From Parcubacteria bacterium C7867-007 (GTDB taxonomy: Bacteria; Patescibacteriota; Minisyncoccia; Phycocordibacterales; Phycocordibacteraceae), in NCBI GenBank assembly GCA_001189195.1, contig LFCQ01000003.1, positions 7,059 to 71,058 of the forward strand: a DNA stretch of 64,000 nt, read 5' to 3'. The notes beneath the pieces are model-generated. The model ran no database searches. It was not told where the DNA came from and saw only the letters and a list, made by a program, of their open reading frames with translations. Positions within the stretch are counted from its first letter, which is position 1, and each line of letters starts with the position of its first letter. Both the position numbers and the translations under genes were made by a program. This document shows, piece after piece, positions 8,475 through 18,006 of the stretch.

Positions 8475-9641
8475 ATGCACCTGGGGAAGAAACGAATCTA
8501 TTTAGATTGGGCATCGGCTACACCGGTCTCTATGCGTGCACGATCTGCATTTGAGCAGGCATTGAGGTTTGACGGCAACCCGTCAGCTCCTCATACCGAA
8601 GGTCGGGCAGCCAAGAAGATTCTTGAAGATGCACGCACCACTATTGCGAGACTTGCAGAAGTGAAAACAGAAGGGGTTATTTTCACTTCTGGGGCCACTG
8701 AGGCAAACAACCTGGCGCTCTCGGGATATATACAGGCGTTACGTGCAAAGAACCCAACACAAAAGCTTCACGTTCTATACCTGCCCACAGCACACGCTTC
8801 TGTTATAGAAACAGTGAAGATGCTTTCTTGGTATGGGGTTGAGGTTGAACCGCTCACTGTTTCTGAGGGTGCGGTAGACGTACAGGTACTTTCAACACAG
8901 GTTCGTTCTGACACGGTCCTCGTTACGGTTGATGCGGTCTGTGGAGAAACAGGTATTCGATACGATACACGCGATATACGCCGTACGCTTGATGCTATTC
9001 GCTCAGGGATTGTGTTGCATGTGGATGCAAGCCAGCTCCCTCGTATTGCCCCGTTTGAATTAACGCGTCTTGGAGCAGATCTCCTCACGCTTGATGCACA
9101 GAAGGTGGGTGGGGTACGGGGTATTGGTGCATTAATTGTTCGCCACGGTGTTGAACTCTCACCTATCTTGCATGGAGGAGGTCAGGAGCAAGGAATGCGT
9201 CCTGGTACAGAAGTCCCTGCACTCGCAATGAGTTTCGCTGAAGCGCTCACAGAAACAAAGGAGCAACGAGATTCATTCCATGACAGAGCAGATGTTGCTC
9301 GTACAGAGCTCATTGCAAAGATTTCTGCAGTTATACCTGACGTGCAGATTAACGAAGGGAAACAACAGGCACCCCATATTCTTAATCTCTCTTTCCCTGG
9401 ACGTGATACAGACTATGCCGTTGCAGTATTAGATACGGCAGGCTTCGCCGTCTCAACCAAGAGCGCATGTGAGACTGACGCAGAGGGGTCTCGTGTCATT
9501 ACTCTTCTAACAGGGGACGCGGAACGAGCGGCAAGCACCCTGCGTATTTCATGGGGTTCCAGCACCACGCCCCGCGATATGGCGCGCTTTGCCACAGAAC
9601 TTATCCGCACGATTCGATTTCTTGATGCGCATCGTCTATAA
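8475..9641 (+). CDS. cysteine desulfurase-like class-V aminotransferase (IscS/NifS/Csd family)
   Basis: Has TSGATEANN, a PLP-lysine region (LDAQKVGGVRGIGALIV), and a C-terminal Cys (STKSACETD). Confidence 0.75.
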   Translation: MHLGKKRIYLDWASATPVSMRARSAFEQALRFDGNPSAPHTEGRAAKKILEDARTTIARLAEVKTEGVIFTSGATEANNLALSGYIQALRAKNPTQKLHVLYLPTAHASVIETVKMLSWYGVEVEPLTVSEGAVDVQVLSTQVRSDTVLVTVDAVCGETGIRYDTRDIRRTLDAIRSGIVLHVDASQLPRIAPFELTRLGADLLTLDAQKVGGVRGIGALIVRHGVELSPILHGGGQEQGMRPGTEVPALAMSFAEALTETKEQRDSFHDRADVARTELIAKISAVIPDVQINEGKQQAPHILNLSFPGRDTDYAVAVLDTAGFAVSTKSACETDAEGSRVITLLTGDAERAASTLRISWGSSTTPRDMARFATELIRTIRFLDAHRL

Positions 9642-9651
9642 TTAAGTACAT

Positions 9652-10395
9652 ATGGATATAGAGGATTTGACCAAGACACAATTGCTGATGCTCACGATTC
9701 TCGTGAACTTCATTCTTTCGATTGCAACCGGTGTGCTGGTTATATCAATGTTGGATCAGTCACCTGCACCAATCACTCAGACGGTGCAACAGATTGTGGA
9801 TCATACGATAGAAACGATCTCTGCACCGATCTCTAGCCCTATTGTTATAAACAAGCCGGCTCCTGCTACACCAACTCAAGAGCAACAGCTCACGGCAGCG
9901 GTTGCAGCCGATGGAGCACGCACCGTTCTTATCCACAAGAACTCAACCTCAACTCCTGCGATAGCATTTGGATTGTACCTTCCAAAGTCTCGTGCAGTTG
10001 CAACATCTGCGGGAGTACCGCTCCCCAAGGAGGTGCTTATAGCCTTTGCTGATGGGTCTGCTGCAGAAGCATCACTTTCAAAGCAAGGGACAGGTATCAC
10101 CATCTACGGATTTGCAGACGATGCGACCCTCCCAGAAGCACCTGCAGCAAATCCTGTAGCAGCTGCAGACTTGAAGCAAGGACAGACTGTTGTTGCACTC
10201 ACGAAAGATCGAGCCGCTATAACCGGCATCATTAGCAAGGTGGATGCTTCAGGTATCACCACCACCTTAACCAGCGTTCCTGCAGGTGCTGGAGTAGTTG
10301 ATCTTTCTGGGAATGTTATTGGCATTGGTTCACCAAGCGGTATTCTATATCCGACGGACCGCATTATGGCGCTGTTGGAGTCGGTATCGCCATAG
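9652..10395 (+). CDS. membrane-anchored Ala/Thr-rich protein with a degenerate trypsin-like (HtrA/S1-like) C-terminal region lacking the GDSGG motif
   Basis: N-terminal TM helix. C-terminal …AGAGVVDLSGNVIGIGSPSG… resembles the S1 oxyanion/Ser region, but the catalytic Ser/His pattern is absent. Confidence 0.35.
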   Translation: MDIEDLTKTQLLMLTILVNFILSIATGVLVISMLDQSPAPITQTVQQIVDHTIETISAPISSPIVINKPAPATPTQEQQLTAAVAADGARTVLIHKNSTSTPAIAFGLYLPKSRAVATSAGVPLPKEVLIAFADGSAAEASLSKQGTGITIYGFADDATLPEAPAANPVAAADLKQGQTVVALTKDRAAITGIISKVDASGITTTLTSVPAGAGVVDLSGNVIGIGSPSGILYPTDRIMALLESVSP

Positions 10396-10439
10396 CGTCT
10401 TCACCGGGCATTTATAAGGTCTAACGGACTATTCATTCT

Positions 10440-13133
10440 ATGCCCCCTTTCAAGAACTTCACCACCAAGGCAAAAGAAGCTATAAAGCGAGCCCACGAGC
10501 TCGCTATTGAACGTGGTCAGAACCACGTAAGTCCGCTTCACCTCCTCACGGCCCTCATACACCAGGAGGAAAGTCTTGTATTTTCTGTACTTGATCGCAT
10601 GGACATCGATACCATGCTTCTCTCGGACACACTCCTTGAGTCACTTGAATCTCCGGACCCCACGTCGGTACTTTCTCCTTCCTATAACCTGTACCTCACT
10701 CCGGACCTTGCGGAGGCACTTGAGGCAGCAGGAAAGGTTGCTGCACGCATGAACGATTCCTTCATTGGAACAGAACATCTCTTTGTTGCGGTTATTGAAC
10801 ACCCTGGCCCTGCAGAAGAGATCCTTAGTCGATTCAAGATTGATGAGGAAACAGTCGAGCTTGTGCTCAAGGAACTTAAAACATCTAAGGATGGACAGAT
10901 TGCTGAACCAAAGCGCTTCCGTGCACTTTCTAAGTACACACGTAACCTAACGAAGCTTGCTCAGGACAATGCGCTTGATCCGGTCATTGGTCGTGACCAG
11001 GAAATCAATCGTGTGATTCAAATTCTGTCACGCCGTACCAAGAACAACCCTGTCCTTATCGGTGAAGCAGGTGTGGGGAAGACTGCTATCGCAGAGGGTC
11101 TCGCCCTACGCTTAGCAACCGGTGACGTTCCTGAGTCACTTAAGAATAAGGAACTCCTCTCCCTAGACCTTGGCATGATGATCGCGGGTACTAAGTACCG
11201 TGGTGAGTTTGAGGAGCGCATGAAGGCAGTGATGAAGGAGGTGGAGAAGTCCGAAGGGAAGGTGATTGTATTTGTGGATGAGCTCCATACATTGGTGGGT
11301 GCGGGTGCTGCAGAGGGATCACTAGACGCAACCAACATGTTGAAGCCTGCACTGGCACGCGGTGAGATACGTATGATTGGTGCCACCACCCTTAAGGAGT
11401 ATCAACAGCATATTGAAAAGGATGCTGCCCTCACACGCCGCTTCCAGCCTGTGTATGTGAACGAACCAAACACTGAAGATGCCATTGCCATCCTTCGTGG
11501 TCTACGTGATAAGTACGAACTCTTCCATGGTGTTCGTATCACTGATGGGGCCATTGTGTCTGCGGTAGAACTATCTAGTCGCTATATCACCGACCGATTC
11601 CTTCCCGATAAGGCTATAGATCTTGTGGATGAAGCAGCCTCTGGTCTGCGTATTGCTCTTGAAAACAAACCACCACTCCTTGAAGATACGGATCGCAAGA
11701 TACGACGTCTGGAAATTGAACACGCAGCCCTTAAGAAGGATGATGCAACGCTTTCAGAGCAAGGTCGTGAGAACAGCAAGGATATTCGTGAGCGCGTAAA
11801 GGCAATTGATACAGAGATAGCTGATCTTCGTGAAAAAACTGCAGAGCTTGAACTGAAGTGGAAGAATGAGAAGGAAGTACTGCAAGATATTCGTTCACTC
11901 AAGGGTGAGCTTGATCGCCTTCGTGTTGCCGCAGACAATGCAGAAGCAACCGCAGACCTTGGTACAGCAGCAGAGATTCGGTATGGACGGATCCCACACC
12001 TTCAGAAGGAGCTGGAGGCGAAGACCAAACGTCTTAAGACACTTCAGAAGTCTCGCCGTATCTTGCACGAAGAGGTAACAGAGCATGAGATTGCTGGAGT
12101 GGTCTCACGATGGACGGGAGTACCCGTAGCTAAGATGATTGAAGAAGAAGCAGCAAAGCTTGCTCGCATGGAGGAAGCGCTTCAAGGTGCCGTCATCGGA
12201 CAGAGCCAAGCTATCAGAATTGTTACCGATGCCGTAAAGCGATCACGGGTGGGTATCGCAGATCCTAACCGTCCGATTGGTTCATTCATCTTTCTTGGAC
12301 CAACAGGAGTGGGAAAGACAGAACTATCAAAGCGTCTTGCAGAATTCATGTTCAATGATCGTGATGCACTCGTTCGTGTAGATATGTCTGAGTTTATGGA
12401 GAAGCACTCAATTGCAAAACTCATTGGTGCTCCTCCAGGCTATGTTGGCTACGATGAGGCAGGTTCACTCACTGAACGTATTCGACACCGTCCGTATGCC
12501 GTTGTTCTCTTCGATGAAATTGAGAAGGCACACCCTGAAGTATTTAACATTCTCTTGCAGGTACTTGATTCAGGACATCTCACCGACAGCAAGGGGCGCA
12601 AAGTGAACTTCAAGAACACCATCATCATCCTCACCTCAAACATTGGTGCAGAGTATATGGACCGTATGGCTAACATCGGATTCGGTGCTGCTGAACAGGT
12701 TGAATCTGCACAATACGAACAGATGAAAGAGAAGGTTCTTGGTTCTCTCAAGGAGCAATTCCGTCCCGAGTTCCTCAATCGCCTGGATGACATAATTATC
12801 TTCGATCCTCTTTCAAAGGAAGCGCTTGTAGATATTGTTGAGAATCAAGTGGCCGAAGTGGTGGAGCGTCTAAGTGGCAAGCGTATCACTCTCGCTATCA
12901 TGCCTGAAGTACGTGCATGGCTTGCCGAGAAGGGATATAACCCTCAGTACGGAGCACGTCCTCTAAAACGTACTATTCAGGATAAGATCCTCACCCCTAT
13001 CGCTTCACTTATGGTTGGACAGGGAATTATGGATGGAGGAACCGTTACGATCTCTCTTAAGAACGGGGAACCCCACTTTGAGGTGAAGAAGGCCGCAACC
13101 CGAACCCGTCGCAACGCGGCCGTACCTGCCTAG
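10440..13133 (+). CDS. clpB: ATP-dependent chaperone ClpB
   Basis: 897 aa with a Clp N-domain, two AAA+ modules ([10 protein letters not shown] and [10 protein letters not shown] Walker A motifs), a middle coiled-coil, and a C-terminal D2-small domain. Confidence 0.95.
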   Translation: MPPFKNFTTKAKEAIKRAHELAIERGQNHVSPLHLLTALIHQEESLVFSVLDRMDIDTMLLSDTLLESLESPDPTSVLSPSYNLYLTPDLAEALEAAGKVAARMNDSFIGTEHLFVAVIEHPGPAEEILSRFKIDEETVELVLKELKTSKDGQIAEPKRFRALSKYTRNLTKLAQDNALDPVIGRDQEINRVIQILSRRTKNNPVLIGEAGVGKTAIAEGLALRLATGDVPESLKNKELLSLDLGMMIAGTKYRGEFEERMKAVMKEVEKSEGKVIVFVDELHTLVGAGAAEGSLDATNMLKPALARGEIRMIGATTLKEYQQHIEKDAALTRRFQPVYVNEPNTEDAIAILRGLRDKYELFHGVRITDGAIVSAVELSSRYITDRFLPDKAIDLVDEAASGLRIALENKPPLLEDTDRKIRRLEIEHAALKKDDATLSEQGRENSKDIRERVKAIDTEIADLREKTAELELKWKNEKEVLQDIRSLKGELDRLRVAADNAEATADLGTAAEIRYGRIPHLQKELEAKTKRLKTLQKSRRILHEEVTEHEIAGVVSRWTGVPVAKMIEEEAAKLARMEEALQGAVIGQSQAIRIVTDAVKRSRVGIADPNRPIGSFIFLGPTGVGKTELSKRLAEFMFNDRDALVRVDMSEFMEKHSIAKLIGAPPGYVGYDEAGSLTERIRHRPYAVVLFDEIEKAHPEVFNILLQVLDSGHLTDSKGRKVNFKNTIIILTSNIGAEYMDRMANIGFGAAEQVESAQYEQMKEKVLGSLKEQFRPEFLNRLDDIIIFDPLSKEALVDIVENQVAEVVERLSGKRITLAIMPEVRAWLAEKGYNPQYGARPLKRTIQDKILTPIASLMVGQGIMDGGTVTISLKNGEPHFEVKKAATRTRRNAAVPA

Positions 13134-13169
13134 TTGCCGGTATACCGCCACTCTGGTACAGTATTCCCA

Positions 13170-13322
13170 ATGTCACAGGTAAACCTCATAAAGGTGAAGA
13201 GCGCCTCAGGCCTCGTACTATTCACCCGCAAGAATAAGAAAAAGGTGGATCGTAAGCTTGAACTTAAGAAGTTCGACAAGAACACCCGCAAGCGTGAAAT
13301 CTTCAAGGAAGTAAAGAAGTAA
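13170..13322 (+). CDS. rpmG: 50S ribosomal protein bL33
   Basis: 51 aa with …KLELKKFDKNTRKREIFKEVKK matching the bL33 signature. The start is reassigned from the TTG at 13134 to the ATG at 13170. Confidence 0.75.
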   Translation: MSQVNLIKVKSASGLVLFTRKNKKKVDRKLELKKFDKNTRKREIFKEVKK

Positions 13323-13326
13323 AAGA

Positions 13327-13352
13327 AACCGCCCGAAAGGGCGGTCTTCTTT
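13327..13352 (+). terminator. rho-independent terminator after rpmG
   Basis: accgccc-gaaa-gggcggt hairpin followed by cttcttttgtc. Confidence 0.65.
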
Positions 13353-13442
13353 TGTCTTGATTGAGAATACAATCCTTACGTGCAAGTTGACATATGTAGC
13401 ATAAGAATGCATTATATGATCTGGACAACAAAGGAGAAGTAG

Positions 13443-13616
13443 ATGTCCGAAGACTTGGAACCACTGCCATCCTCAGAGGAAATGATCGAACGGATTTGTG
13501 AGAAACTGTACGGTCCGATCGTAGACCTCGAGTTCCACAGGGCAGTGAGAAAAATTGAAGGTGTATCTATTGATTCCGAACATGCTGAATGGGTACTTTC
13601 GTTGTTCGGTGTCTAA
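13443..13616 (+). CDS. 57-aa small acidic protein with near-perfect Shine-Dalgarno (below the ORF-track size cutoff)
   Basis: AAGGAG lies 6 nt upstream of the ATG at 13443. The ORF is MSEDLEPLPSSEEMIERICEKLYGPIVDLEFHRAVRKIEGVSIDSEHAEWVLSLFGV. A hairpin plus T-run at 13686-13716 could terminate it. Confidence 0.3.
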   Translation: MSEDLEPLPSSEEMIERICEKLYGPIVDLEFHRAVRKIEGVSIDSEHAEWVLSLFGV

Positions 13617-13685
13617 GTGAAGTAAGAATAGTTGTGTGTAAAGAAACATCTTAGAAAATACCAAGGGTTCTAAAGGAACCAAACC

Positions 13686-13716
13686 GCACCTGTCCTAGAC
13701 GGGTGCATTTTATTTC
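13686..13716 (+). terminator. putative terminator hairpin
   Basis: gcacc-N11-ggtgc followed by attttatttc. Confidence 0.35.
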
Positions 13717-13813
13717 TATTAGGAAGTGTGCGGGTCCTGTGGGACGATATTCGACTCAATATATAAAAGAAATACCCCAGGCAGAGGAGTCGGACCTCGG
13801 CCTGGGGCAACTG

Positions 13814-14146
13814 TTAGAACCAGTCGTACTTTGGATCATCCATACGGACGAGCCGGATGGACCTTTCGTACCTGACCCAGAACTTTCCCGGCTTGTACAT
13901 AGGAAGCCGAGGGATAGATTCCAATCGCGGTTGCTCGATCTTGCCTGCAGCAATGAATTCACGGCAGAGAGCCTCAGCCTGTTCGGGGAATTCGTGCCAC
14001 GGCCACCCCTTGTATTGTTGGATGACCTTGTCCCAATCCTCAGGGATTCGGCAGGCAGTTCGGCTCACGATTTTCACAACGATGGCGGGATTCTTTTTCC
14101 CCTCCACCATATCAGCGATGCAGTTTGAAACACTAAGTCCGATCAT
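13814..14146 (-). CDS. hypothetical 110-aa protein
   Basis: The start is chosen at the internal ATG (14146) because AAGGAG lies 7 nt upstream. The alternative overlapping plus-strand ORF 13703-14128 lacks an RBS. Confidence 0.35.
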   Translation of the reverse strand: MIGLSVSNCIADMVEGKKNPAIVVKIVSRTACRIPEDWDKVIQQYKGWPWHEFPEQAEALCREFIAAGKIEQPRLESIPRLPMYKPGKFWVRYERSIRLVRMDDPKYDWF

Positions 14147-14327
14147 GGTCAGTCTCCTTGAATGGTTGGTACGCGTGAGCGCACCTTCCATAGAAGAAGA
14201 AAGAGTAATCGGAGGTGCGCGGTGATAGCCTGCAATCAGCCTTTATCTTCGATGACGCATTATGTCCTCCGTACGTTAATGTGCAGTACAGAAAGCATAA
14301 AAACACGTATAATATGAAAAGTCAATG

Positions 14328-14398
14328 CGGGCCCACGAGGAATCGAACCTCGGCCGACGGTTTTGGAGACCGACGTTCTACCATTAAACTATAGGCCC
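14328..14398 (-). tRNA. tRNA-Trp (anticodon CCA)
   Basis: Cloverleaf GGGCCTATAGTTTAATGGTAGAAC…, anticodon loop CTCCAAA, T-arm CGAGGTTCGATTCCTCG, discriminator G. Confidence 0.85.
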
Positions 14399-14473
14399 TG
14401 TATAGGAACGATAGCAGAACCGTGCGCTACGGGCAAAGCTGCTTATTTGAGGTGGTACGATACAAGTAACAAT

Positions 14474-15430
14474 ATGGTGGCTAAACGCGCGCTTTTAAGT
14501 TTTGTTCTCTTTACTCTTGTTTCAGTGCCGCTTTCTGTGTTTGCTGCGGAGACAAGCTTCTTTGGTCCGATCATTCCTCAAGAAGGAGATAAGTGTTATT
14601 GCCCTGGTAAGGCAATGGACTGGGGGTGTGCACTCGAAGTGTTTCAGAATGTGTTGAACGCCCTAATTTCACTTGGAGTAGTAGCGGTGGTGTTTTTCAT
14701 CGGATGGGCAGGGTTCCTGCTTATGACGGGTGGATCAAATCCAGCAACACGCACGAAAGCAAAGAATCGTATGCTCAGTGGGGTGGTTGGCCTCGCAGTT
14801 ATTCTCGGCGCCTTCCTTATCGTTGATACGGTAATGAAGATCCTCTATAACCCAGATACTGCTCTTGAAAAAGGTACCTTCGGTCCTTGGAATGAGATTC
14901 TCTCTGGTGCAGAAGATAACTATTGCGTGGTTGTGAACGAGACTCCCGGTGTGCTGAATAATGGAAGTGTGATGGATATCATAAGCAACGCACTTAATCT
15001 TGGCACCACTAATTCATCAACCAAAGGTGCTGCCACCACTCCCGGTGGAACAATATCTGGAGGATATACCTATGATCCTGGTATTAAAGCCCAGACTGTT
15101 CATGCATCAGGTGAGCTCACCGCCCTGCTAAGTTGTATGAGACCAAAACTTCCCGCAGGTGTTGGTCGTATATCTTCGATCTCAGATAGTGCCATTGTGA
15201 ACGGAAGCAAAACCTTTAATAAGTGTGCAGCGTCAGGCTGTGCACACACCATTAATTCATGTCACTACGGAGGCAAAGCATGTGTGGGGCGCTCACTTGC
15301 TGTTGATTTTGGTGATGAAGACAATGCAAGCGTGCTTAAGGCAGCTGCTATTTCGTGTGGAGCAAACACAGCAGTGAATGAAGGCGATCACCTTCATGTG
15401 AGTGTGGGGAAGTCGTGTGGTTGTAACTGA
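14474..15430 (+). CDS. secreted pilin-like 2-TM module fused to a LAS-type (M15/M23-like) zinc peptidase-like domain; putative peptidoglycan peptidase
   Basis: Signal peptide with mature N-terminus AETSFFGPIIPQ…C.C. Then helix 1, the loop GGSNPATRTKAKNRM, helix 2, a Thr/Gly linker, and a C-terminal …SCHYGGKACVGRSLAVDFGDED…GDHLHVSVG (an H…D plus HxH zinc-ligand pattern). The start is moved to 14474 to avoid overlap with tRNA-Trp. Confidence 0.55.
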   Translation: MVAKRALLSFVLFTLVSVPLSVFAAETSFFGPIIPQEGDKCYCPGKAMDWGCALEVFQNVLNALISLGVVAVVFFIGWAGFLLMTGGSNPATRTKAKNRMLSGVVGLAVILGAFLIVDTVMKILYNPDTALEKGTFGPWNEILSGAEDNYCVVVNETPGVLNNGSVMDIISNALNLGTTNSSTKGAATTPGGTISGGYTYDPGIKAQTVHASGELTALLSCMRPKLPAGVGRISSISDSAIVNGSKTFNKCAASGCAHTINSCHYGGKACVGRSLAVDFGDEDNASVLKAAAISCGANTAVNEGDHLHVSVGKSCGCN

Positions 15431-16455
15431 TGTCGTACAATAGAAATACTTATATGGGAATGCGCGCTTTTCTTTTCTCTTCCAGTGCTGCAGCACTGGC
15501 ATCTGTGCCCTTTGCAGTCTTTGCGGCAGAGACAAGCTTCTTTGGTCCTATCATTCCACAGATTGGTGAGTGTGTATGCGAAGGAAGTGCAATGGATTGG
15601 GGATGTGTACTGGTTGTTGCGCAAGGATTTCTAGGAGCACTCGTTTCCTTTGGTGTTCTGGCAGTGGTCTTCTACATTGGCTATGCAGGCTTCACTCTTA
15701 TAACGAGTGGTGGTAACCCGGCAACCCGTACGAAAGCAAAGAATCGTATGCTCAGTGCCGTAGTTGGTCTCGCGGTTATTCTCGGGGCATTCCTTATCGT
15801 TGATACGGTAATGAAGATTCTCTATAACCCAGATACTGCTCTTGAAAGCGGCACCTTTGGTCCTTGGAATGAAATCTTTGTAGGAGGAGAAGAAAACTAT
15901 TGTGTTGCAGTGAATATGAATCCAGGTGTGCTGAATGATGGAAGTGTGGCAGACATTATAAGCAACGCACTTAATCCAGGCACCACTACCTCATCGACAA
16001 TGGGTGGAGGGACTGCTCCGTCAGGTTCAGGTGCTCCTAGCTCAGCGGGAGGAAGGTGTCAGGTTAAAACCAGTGGACCATGCGCAACCTCAAACTTCAC
16101 GGCAGCATTTGGTGCAGCGGCAGGTCAAGCCTCGCAAATCTGTTCTGCAGAAAGTGGTAACGGAACTCTTCTTGAAGGAGATAGAACCACTTCAGGCAAG
16201 CCGGTGTCGTTCGGACTCTTTCAGATTAATATAACGGCGCATCCTGTTGCTGGACTGCAGTGTCCAAAAGCATTTGATCGCTTGTTCACGGGGTCAAACA
16301 AGAACGTTAAAATACTAGATGCGGATCTCTATCAAAAGTGTAGAACGGCTGCTCTTAATAGTTCTAATAATGCAGCGGTTGCCGCTAAAATATTCAAGGG
16401 CGATAAAAATAGCTGGAGGCAGTGGAGTACCCGTAGAACGTGTGGATTACCCTAA
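15430..16455 (+). CDS. secreted pilin-like 2-TM module fused to a lytic transglycosylase (SLT/VirB1-like) domain
   Basis: TGATG overlap with the upstream gene. The mature N-terminus is identical to that gene (AETSFFGPIIPQ…) and it has the same GGNPATRTKAKNRM loop. C-terminal …CSAESGNG…SGKPVSFGLFQINIT… resembles the family-1 lytic transglycosylase catalytic motif (ES…GLMQ). Confidence 0.55.
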   Translation: MSYNRNTYMGMRAFLFSSSAAALASVPFAVFAAETSFFGPIIPQIGECVCEGSAMDWGCVLVVAQGFLGALVSFGVLAVVFYIGYAGFTLITSGGNPATRTKAKNRMLSAVVGLAVILGAFLIVDTVMKILYNPDTALESGTFGPWNEIFVGGEENYCVAVNMNPGVLNDGSVADIISNALNPGTTTSSTMGGGTAPSGSGAPSSAGGRCQVKTSGPCATSNFTAAFGAAAGQASQICSAESGNGTLLEGDRTTSGKPVSFGLFQINITAHPVAGLQCPKAFDRLFTGSNKNVKILDADLYQKCRTAALNSSNNAAVAAKIFKGDKNSWRQWSTRRTCGLP

Positions 16456-16458
16456 TAT

Positions 16459-17004
16459 ATGCCTATGAAAAAAACTCTTGTAATTAGTAGTGTGGTCGTA
16501 GTTGTTGCTCTTGTTGCGATGGGAGTATTTTTGGTCATGACTAATTCTAGTAACCCATCAGGTATTGCTACATCCACCAACCCGTTCGGGAATCCTGGAT
16601 TAGGTGGTGGTCAAGGTACCACTACAATGAGTGAAATCATTTCGATTAAGAATCGTGATGGAGAGATACGAACCGTTCCTGATTTTACAAAAGACCACCC
16701 AAGCATTGAGCAGACAAGTGGAACGTACTATTACGTTACCCAAAACGAGCAGAACGAAGAAATGTATCCGGACTTCTCGATTGTCTACGGTTCAGACTCG
16801 TCACTGTCTATCGGTATCTTCGCTGAACCACTCGGTGCATCTCGCCTCCACGCAGAGCAAGTACTTAAGAAACTTCTTGGACTTTCAAATAGTGAACTTT
16901 GTAAGCTGGATGTAGCGGTCATGGTCCCTGTTGATGTGAGCGAGACCTATGCAGCTAGAGATCTAGGACTTAGCTTTTGTCCGGGAGCGGTGAAGCTTCC
17001 GTAA
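16459..17004 (+). CDS. membrane-anchored secreted protein, same operon as the two hydrolase fusions
   Basis: Starts 4 bp after the upstream stop. N-terminal TM/signal anchor, a Gly-rich segment, and a C-terminal Cys pair. Confidence 0.45.
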   Translation: MPMKKTLVISSVVVVVALVAMGVFLVMTNSSNPSGIATSTNPFGNPGLGGGQGTTTMSEIISIKNRDGEIRTVPDFTKDHPSIEQTSGTYYYVTQNEQNEEMYPDFSIVYGSDSSLSIGIFAEPLGASRLHAEQVLKKLLGLSNSELCKLDVAVMVPVDVSETYAARDLGLSFCPGAVKLP

Positions 17005-17842
17005 GCTTCCTGAGCCACTTCTTTTGTTCTCGGGCATAATGCCACAGCTTCACTGAAAGAGCGCCTAAGAGGGAATCTTCACTACGTTCACCGCGCAGGT
17101 ATTCACCAACCACGCGATACTCAAGGCCTAATTCAGTAAGCCTTGTGTCTCCCACACGATCACGGGTACGGCGTACTTCGTCTATTAGACCCCGATCTAG
17201 TGCCTGCTGTAGTCGAGCTTCAATACGTGGACGGAGCTCTTCTTTAGGAGGGTCAATAACAACCCACTCTACATCGTATGCAGCATTGGTCCGTTGCCTT
17301 TCTGGTACGGAACCGTGGAGTGCAATCATTTCTGCTGCCCGCACTAACCGGCGACGGTTATGAGGATCAAGCATTTGTGCACGACGAGGATCCTTGGCGC
17401 TTATGCGTGCAAAGAGTTCAGCAGTCGGAAGTGTCTCTAACTCTGCACGAATGATCGGGTCACTTTGAATCTCAGGAAGTCCATACAAAAGAGCATCAAA
17501 ATAGAAGTGGGTACCTCCTGCAAGTACTGCTTTCTTTCCCTGTCTATGCAGATCTGCAATGATCGTTCGTGCATCTGATACAAAGTCTCCGGCACTGTAC
17601 ACCTCTTCAGGTTCACGAACATCTATTAAGTGATGTACCACACCCTGCATTTCCTCTGTAGTGAGTTTCTCAGTACCTATATCAAGAGTTCGATACACCT
17701 GACGTGAATCAACAGATATAACCTCACTCCCCAGCTCCTTTGCAAGAGAAATGGCACGCGCTGACTTACCACTTGCAGTGGGTCCAATGACGGCAATTAT
17801 AGGAATTCGCTGCTCTGTCATGTATGCTCGCGATCCTACCAC
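16970..17842 (-). CDS. miaA: tRNA dimethylallyltransferase
   Basis: P-loop IAVIGPTASGKSARAI, SVDSRQVYRTLDIGT, and the overall MiaA length (290 aa). Confidence 0.85.
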   Translation of the reverse strand: MVGSRAYMTEQRIPIIAVIGPTASGKSARAISLAKELGSEVISVDSRQVYRTLDIGTEKLTTEEMQGVVHHLIDVREPEEVYSAGDFVSDARTIIADLHRQGKKAVLAGGTHFYFDALLYGLPEIQSDPIIRAELETLPTAELFARISAKDPRRAQMLDPHNRRRLVRAAEMIALHGSVPERQRTNAAYDVEWVVIDPPKEELRPRIEARLQQALDRGLIDEVRRTRDRVGDTRLTELGLEYRVVGEYLRGERSEDSLLGALSVKLWHYAREQKKWLRKLTEASPLPDKS

Positions 17843-17855
17843 ATAAAACCATTAG

Positions 17856-17937
17856 TGCCGGGGGAGGGAGTCGAACCCTCATGCCTTGCGGCAGTGGGTT
17901 TTGAATCCACCGCGTATAACCATTCCGCCACCCCGGC
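17856..17937 (-). tRNA. tRNA-Leu (anticodon CAA)
   Basis: GCCGGGGTGGCGGAATGGT…, anticodon loop TTCAAAA, a long variable arm, and T-arm GAGGGTTCGACTCCCTC. Confidence 0.85.
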
Positions 17938-18006
17938 GATACGCACATCGTACTCCAGTGGTACGCGCATCGCAAAGTCATGTTCGGGTGATACAATTGC
18001 GTAATC

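Noticed and set aside
10682-12793. Multiple 60-120-aa ORFs on the minus strand inside clpB (e.g. 11018-11389, 11582-11938 Ser/Arg-rich, 12449-12793)
   Set aside because: They are antisense shadow ORFs fully embedded in a strongly conserved gene. Their composition is low-complexity, there are no RBSs, and no intergenic space exists for them.
13703-14128. 141-aa plus-strand ORF overlapping the minus-strand gene 13814-14146
   Set aside because: It has no RBS or recognisable features. The minus-strand ORF has a perfect AAGGAG at correct spacing, so only one of the pair is likely real.
14363-14473. Long N-terminal extension of the first pilin-hydrolase ORF starting at 14363
   Set aside because: It would overlap tRNA-Trp (14328-14398) on the opposite strand. 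The signal peptide begins at the Met at 14474, which is taken as the start.
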